Shown piece after piece: positions 27,487 to 32,000 of a stretch of DNA of 32,000 bases (positions within the stretch are counted from its first letter, which is position 1; each line of letters opens with the position of its first letter). A program made the position numbers and the translations under genes. The notes under the pieces are model-generated. The model was not told the DNA's origin. It did not search any database and saw only the letters and a list, made by a program, of their open reading frames with translations. Source of the stretch: Orrella daihaiensis (GTDB lineage: Bacteria > Pseudomonadota > Gammaproteobacteria > Burkholderiales > Burkholderiaceae_B); assembly GCF_022811525.1 (NCBI RefSeq), contig NZ_CP063982.1:1-32000 (forward strand). Direction: 5' to 3'.

Positions 27487-30024
27487 TCAACCCAACACAA
27501 ACAACCCACCAGTGCCGACCTGTGTCGTTGACATGCCTTGCGATTCTGCTGACATCAGCAGGCTGACAATCAACTCGCCCTCGGTTGCCTCATGCACCAC
27601 CAGTGCTTCAGTCCAGTAGGCAAGCCCTTGCGCGTCAGGGGATCTATTTAAGATGGCTTCATAGAGTTCTTCTACGAGTTGTTCCTCTGACGGTGTGCCG
27701 TACAGTTGTTTGAACTCTGTCGATTCGGCTAGCGCTTGCGCGACGTCTTGTAATGTCGCTCCTTGGTTCATCTGGTTCACCCAGTAGGTCAAGCCTTCCA
27801 GATCTGGCATGCGTCCCAGTACTTCCTCATACAGATGATCAATCTGCGCAATGTCTGTGCCGTCTGTTTTGAGGAGCGTGGCATCACTGAACTCGATCGT
27901 CTCAATGTCTCTGACAATGATCCTGCCCTCTGGACCATAGAGCGTGGCTTGTAGCTGCCCCTCAAAGGACTCTTGGGTGATCACATAGTCTGCCATGGCA
28001 TTCGATAGCGTGACCGTGTCTTGACCCCCATTGCCTTGAATCACCCAGTTACCCACGATGACTTCAAACACATTGTCTTGGGCGTTACCGGTGACCGTAT
28101 TGTTCAGTCCGTTCTCGGTTAGACGGATATGTTCAATATCATCGGGTAGTGCCACGTCTTGTTGGTGACCGTGGATGAGAAGATCAATATTGGCAGTACC
28201 TAGTCCTGTGGCCAGTGCTCCGTGTTGCTCAACCGTGATGAGATTGCCACCGGTGCTATGCATTGTTGTGGACGTCACAGCCGCGTCGGTATCTGACCCG
28301 TCCCAGTAGAACTGAATCATGTCTGAGGCAGGTGACACATTGCCAGCCATATCCACTTGTCTGACCTGCACCTGATTCAGTCCAGGTTGAGCTTCAAACG
28401 TATCGCTCCACGTCTGACCACCATCAATTGAGAACTCCAGTATGGCACCGTCTTCGACCTTGCCAAACGAGAGCTTGCCGGTGGCAGTGCGGGGAATCGT
28501 TGCATCATCAGAGGGTGTAGCGGGAACGCTGAAAGCGCTGGGAACAGCTGCCTTAAACATCGGGGCGAGCTCAACAATATTGCCGATGGTCAAGTTGGTT
28601 AGATTGATCTCGGGTACTTCTGGAGATGTTGTGTCCAGCACAAAGTTGATCGGGCTACTGGCTTCAGACGGCAAATTGAATAGCGCCACTTGCCGTACAT
28701 ACAATGAGTTGTTGCCTTCTTGTGCCTCGTAAGTCCCAGACCACGATGTGCCATTGGTCGAGTACTCCACCCGCGCTTGCGGCCAGACTCCCGAGATGTC
28801 AAGCTCAAACTGGCCGGTGATCTTATTGCCTATTGCGGATCCATTGGCGTTTAACAACTGAACGCCAGGTACAGGAACCGTGATTTCAGGGAAATTGTTC
28901 AACGACACGTACTGTTCTGCGCTGCCCTGCGTTTCACCGAGTTGCAGATTGTCTGACCCCCCGGTACCTACGACGGTGCGGCCGCGCAAATCTGGCAGGC
29001 CGAAAGTCGTGGCGCCATCTCCGCCGAACGTGTTGCCGAGCAACGAATATAAATCCTTATTGCCACTGATAGATAACAACTGACCTTGTGCCAGGGACCA
29101 GCCGCTCGGGAGATAAGAGCCCGCATACAACATGACTTGGCCTAGGAGGGGTGTGGCGCCGTTTTCCGGTAGTCCTGTGGTCGAACCCTCGGTGCTGATT
29201 ACGTAATGCATGCCCAAAGAGGGCTGCATAACTGGGATAGTCCAGCCATCCGGGTCATTGGGCGCCAATAAATTTGTGCTGGTTACACCGAGTTTCTCAC
29301 CAAGCCGGACATCCGTGCCAGAAGAAGAGACTCCGACGGGCACTCGGTTGCGCAAATCGGGCAATGCAAATGTAGAAAACCCATCCCCGCCGTAGGTGGT
29401 CCCAAGCACGGCGTGAAGTGAAGGGAAATCCGAGATCTGTAGCAAACTGCCATCAGCCGGTAAAAAGCCATTGGGCAGACCACCACGAGAAGGTGAGGCA
29501 AACGGGTAAACCATGCCGATGGTATTAAGCGAAGGCGAAGAACCCGCCGGAAACATGCCCTCAGCTTGAATCACATACTGCATACCCAAACCAAACTGTT
29601 TCAGATCTATCGGTGAAGACCAACCACCGAGCGTAGTGGGTAATTGGTGCAAACCAAGCTCAACCTCAGTGTTCGACCCCCCCTGGGTCTGCCCCCACTG
29701 AGCCCCGCCACCGCTCGCACTCAAATACAGTGCTGCTGCACCTTCTAGATTCGGCAAAGAGAAATTGATCATCCCGTTACCGCCGTATGTGCTCCCGAGT
29801 AGCGAGAACAAATCGACGTTGGACACGATGCTCATCAAGCTTCCATCGGCTGGCAACAGTTGTGGCTCTCGCGTCGAATTGATATCAAACGCAGTTGTCA
29901 CCATAAAACCGATGCTTCCGCCTGGATCCGGAGATCCGCCACCGAAGCTCGGATAAAGCCCGCTGGCAATAATTGACTGCGGCAGCGCAATAGAAGGTTG
30001 TGCAAGATTGACTGGCGTTGCCAC
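27487..30024 (-). CDS. Triple phage-tail-collar-domain / Ig-like / DUF4214 protein (paralog 3, 845 aa)
   Basis: GTG start with AAGGAG 7 nt upstream. Collar units: LPADGSLMSIVSNVDLFSLLGSTYGGNGMINFSLPNLEG; LPADGSLLQISDFPSLHAVLGTTYGGDGFSTFALPDLRNRVPVG; LAQGQLLSISGNKDLYSLLGNTFGGDGATTFGLPDLRGRTVVG. Confidence 0.9.
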   Translation of the reverse strand: MATPVNLAQPSIALPQSIIASGLYPSFGGGSPDPGGSIGFMVTTAFDINSTREPQLLPADGSLMSIVSNVDLFSLLGSTYGGNGMINFSLPNLEGAAALYLSASGGGAQWGQTQGGSNTEVELGLHQLPTTLGGWSSPIDLKQFGLGMQYVIQAEGMFPAGSSPSLNTIGMVYPFASPSRGGLPNGFLPADGSLLQISDFPSLHAVLGTTYGGDGFSTFALPDLRNRVPVGVSSSGTDVRLGEKLGVTSTNLLAPNDPDGWTIPVMQPSLGMHYVISTEGSTTGLPENGATPLLGQVMLYAGSYLPSGWSLAQGQLLSISGNKDLYSLLGNTFGGDGATTFGLPDLRGRTVVGTGGSDNLQLGETQGSAEQYVSLNNFPEITVPVPGVQLLNANGSAIGNKITGQFELDISGVWPQARVEYSTNGTSWSGTYEAQEGNNSLYVRQVALFNLPSEASSPINFVLDTTSPEVPEINLTNLTIGNIVELAPMFKAAVPSAFSVPATPSDDATIPRTATGKLSFGKVEDGAILEFSIDGGQTWSDTFEAQPGLNQVQVRQVDMAGNVSPASDMIQFYWDGSDTDAAVTSTTMHSTGGNLITVEQHGALATGLGTANIDLLIHGHQQDVALPDDIEHIRLTENGLNNTVTGNAQDNVFEVIVGNWVIQGNGGQDTVTLSNAMADYVITQESFEGQLQATLYGPEGRIIVRDIETIEFSDATLLKTDGTDIAQIDHLYEEVLGRMPDLEGLTYWVNQMNQGATLQDVAQALAESTEFKQLYGTPSEEQLVEELYEAILNRSPDAQGLAYWTEALVVHEATEGELIVSLLMSAESQGMSTTQVGTGGLFVLG

Positions 30025-30157
30025 GGCTCATCTCCTTTTTAGTTCGATTGCTTTTTGTGACAACTCGCCACAGATCACTGCGCTTTAACTATACGATCAA
30101 TCTGTGACCACTTGGTTCAATAAATTGTGATTGATGTAAAGCACGCGATGTAAGCAA

Positions 30158-30192
30158 ATGCCCAGTTTCCATCGAAACTGGGCATGTTTTTT
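30158..30192 (+). other. Perfect 12-bp stem-loop followed by T6 (terminator-like in plus-strand orientation) between collar paralogs 4 and 3
   Basis: ATGCCCAGTTTC-catc-GAAACTGGGCAT-g-TTTTTT. On the minus (coding) strand the hairpin sits 46 nt after the paralog-4 stop but is not followed by a T run. Confidence 0.5.
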
Positions 30193-30230
30193 ACACGGAC
30201 ATCACGTCAATTACTCACATGACTAATAGC

Positions 30231-32000
30231 CTATCCCAGCACGAACAAACCAATCGCACCAGCCTGGTGCATTGACGCACTCTGCGACTCTGCGGAAGTG
30301 AGCAGGCTGACAATCAACTCACCCTCTGTGGCCCCATGCACCACCAACGCTTCGGTCCAGTAAGCAAGTCCTTGCGCGTCAGGAGATCGATCGAGAATCG
30401 CTTCGTAGAGTTCTTCTACGAGTTGTTCCTCTGACGGTGTGCCGTACAGTTGTTTGAACTCTGTAGATTCGGCTAGCGCTTGGGCGACGTCTTGTAATGT
30501 CGCTCCTTGGTTCATCTGCTCAACCCAGTACGTTAATCCTTCAGCATCAGGGCTACGACCCAACACCTCTTCATACAAATGATCGATTTCGGTGATGTCT
30601 GTGCCGTCAGTTTTGAGGAGGGTGACATCACTGAACTCGATCGTCTCAACGTCTCTGACAATGATCCGACCCTCGGGGCCGTAGAGCGTGGCTTGGAGTT
30701 GCCCGTTAAGTTGACCGTTATGGGACTCTTGAGTGATCACGTAGTCTGCGAGAGCGTTCGATAGCTTGACCGTATCCTGACCCCCACTGCCTTCAATCAC
30801 CCAGTTACCGACGATGACTTCAAACACGTTGTCTTGGGCGTTACCGCTGACGGTATTGTTTAGTCCGTTCTCGGTTAGACGGATGTGTTCAATGTCATCG
30901 GGTAGCGTCACGTCTTGCTGGTGACCGTGGATGAGAAGATCAATCGAATCCGTCCCTAGGCCTGTAGCCAGTGCCCCGTGTTGCTCAACCGTGATGACGT
31001 TACCCCCGGTGCTGTGGGTGGTCGTTGACGTCACAGCCGCTTCGGTATCTGACCCATCCCAGTAGAACTGAATCAGCTCTGAGGCAGGTGACACATTGCC
31101 AGCCATATCCACTTGTCTGACCTGCACCTGATTCAGTCCAGGTTGAGCTTCAAACGTATCGCTCCACGTCTGACCACCATCAATTGAGAACTCCAGTATG
31201 GCACCGTCTTCGACCTTGCCAAACGAGAGCTTGCCCGTGCTGGTGCGAGGAATCGTATCGTTGCTATCTGCTGGTACAGCGGCTTTAAATGCGGGTGCTG
31301 CCACCGCTACTCCATCAATTACCACCTCAGGTGCCTCAGGGGCTGTCGTGTCCAATACAAAGGTGATGGCCCGAGTAGCGGCTGAGGCCTGACCCAGTAC
31401 ATTGACCTGGCGTAAATATAAAGTGTTAGTGCCTTCCTGGGCCGTAAACGTCTCAGACCACGTGGTGCCATCTGTGGAATATTCCACCCGAGCCTGCGGC
31501 CATACACCTGAGACATCCAACTCAAACTTGCCCGTGATCTTGTCACCGGCGACTTGACCGTTCTCGTCTAACACCTGCACTCCTGGTACCGGTGTCACAA
31601 TCTCGGGCAGGTTTGCAGCCGTAATGTACTCACTAAAGCTGCCCTGTGTGTCACCAATCTGCAGGTTGTTCACGCCACCGGTGCCCACAATCGTACGACC
31701 CTGCAAGTCGGGGAGCGCAAATGTGGTGACGCCGTCGCCACCAAAACGGGTGCCAAGTAGAGAATATAGCGATGACGTGTCGTCGGTAATCTCTATCATC
31801 TGACCTTTCGCAAAGGTCCACTCATCCGGTATGTGTGCCCCTGCGTACAGGAGCACTTGAGCCATCATTGGTTTACCTTCATTGAATGTGCCATATGGGC
31901 CTTCGAGGATAATCACATAGTTCATACCCAAGGACGGCTGCATGACCGAAACCGCAGAGTCACCGGCGATATCAGGCTGCAGCAGGCTTAACGGCGCCAC
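30231..32000 (-). CDS. Triple phage-tail-collar-domain / Ig-like / DUF4214 protein (paralog 4, partial; N-terminus lies beyond the window end)
   Basis: The frame is open to the window edge. The visible part starts at the end of collar unit 2 (QPSLGMNYVIILEG), followed by collar unit 3 (FAKGQMIEITDDTSSLYSLLGTRFGGDGVTTFALPDLQGRTIVG), Ig-like modules and DUF4214 repeats. Confidence 0.9.
   Translation of the reverse strand: MAPLSLLQPDIAGDSAVSVMQPSLGMNYVIILEGPYGTFNEGKPMMAQVLLYAGAHIPDEWTFAKGQMIEITDDTSSLYSLLGTRFGGDGVTTFALPDLQGRTIVGTGGVNNLQIGDTQGSFSEYITAANLPEIVTPVPGVQVLDENGQVAGDKITGKFELDVSGVWPQARVEYSTDGTTWSETFTAQEGTNTLYLRQVNVLGQASAATRAITFVLDTTAPEAPEVVIDGVAVAAPAFKAAVPADSNDTIPRTSTGKLSFGKVEDGAILEFSIDGGQTWSDTFEAQPGLNQVQVRQVDMAGNVSPASELIQFYWDGSDTEAAVTSTTTHSTGGNVITVEQHGALATGLGTDSIDLLIHGHQQDVTLPDDIEHIRLTENGLNNTVSGNAQDNVFEVIVGNWVIEGSGGQDTVKLSNALADYVITQESHNGQLNGQLQATLYGPEGRIIVRDVETIEFSDVTLLKTDGTDITEIDHLYEEVLGRSPDAEGLTYWVEQMNQGATLQDVAQALAESTEFKQLYGTPSEEQLVEELYEAILDRSPDAQGLAYWTEALVVHGATEGELIVSLLTSAESQSASMHQAGAIGLFVLG

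Noticed and set aside
23137-31546. Repeated alternative-frame ORFs in the collar genes (23137-23562, 25796-26188, 28377-28577, 31319-31546 on the minus strand; 23202-23408, 25861-26067, 31198-31392 on the plus strand) that look 'conserved' between paralogs.
   Set aside because: Their conservation only reflects near-identical DNA in the homogenised part of the paralogs. They lie out of frame or antisense within strongly supported CDSs.
22196-32000. A diversity-generating retroelement or shufflon as the cause of collar-head variability.
   Set aside because: The window has no reverse transcriptase and no template/variable repeat pair with adenine-specific differences. No inverted-repeat crossover sites flank the variable segments. 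The pattern seen is paralog divergence plus gene conversion.

Overview
This window looks like an accessory (island-like) region of a Gram-negative, probably proteobacterial, genome. I cannot assign a taxon from sequence alone. It has three parts.

(1) 1-4100: a recombinase module. It holds a P4-type tyrosine integrase, a second Fim-sized (188 aa) tyrosine recombinase, three small hypothetical genes, and a roughly 930-bp ORF-poor, hairpin-rich spacer. A TAGGACAA motif recurs through this module.

(2) Two near-identical IS481-family insertions in direct orientation (4102-5322 and 15943-17166), each with its own 7-bp target-site duplication. Both transposase genes are frameshifted at the same point. 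The second copy cleanly splits a large adhesin-like gene.

(3) 6402-32000: nine structural genes, all on the minus strand, interrupted only by the plus-strand two-component operon and the second IS copy. Every one carries DUF4214-type repeats. They are:
- a 1209-aa RTX protein;
- an IS-split DUF4214-Ig-RTX protein of about 1164 aa;
- two proteins of about 350-365 aa (DUF4214 plus a few RTX repeats);
- a glycine-rich beta-helix-like DUF4214 protein;
- a tandem array of four paralogous proteins of about 850 aa (the last is cut by the window edge).

A 7TMR-DISM sensor kinase and OmpR-type response regulator operon sits among these genes.

Each of the four array proteins has three phage tail-collar (MdpB-like) domains in one chain, two Ig-like domains and C-terminal DUF4214 repeats. 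Their collar heads are divergent. Their C-terminal two-thirds form a patchwork of nucleotide-identical blocks shared between different pairs of paralogs, which points to gene conversion. This array, the DUF4214-tagged gene set and the CTCTCA-N4-CTCTCA direct repeats upstream of the RTX genes are the best candidates for an undescribed system.

No type I secretion apparatus, CRISPR array, rRNA or complete tRNA is visible. All homology statements come from motif recognition by eye. No search was run.
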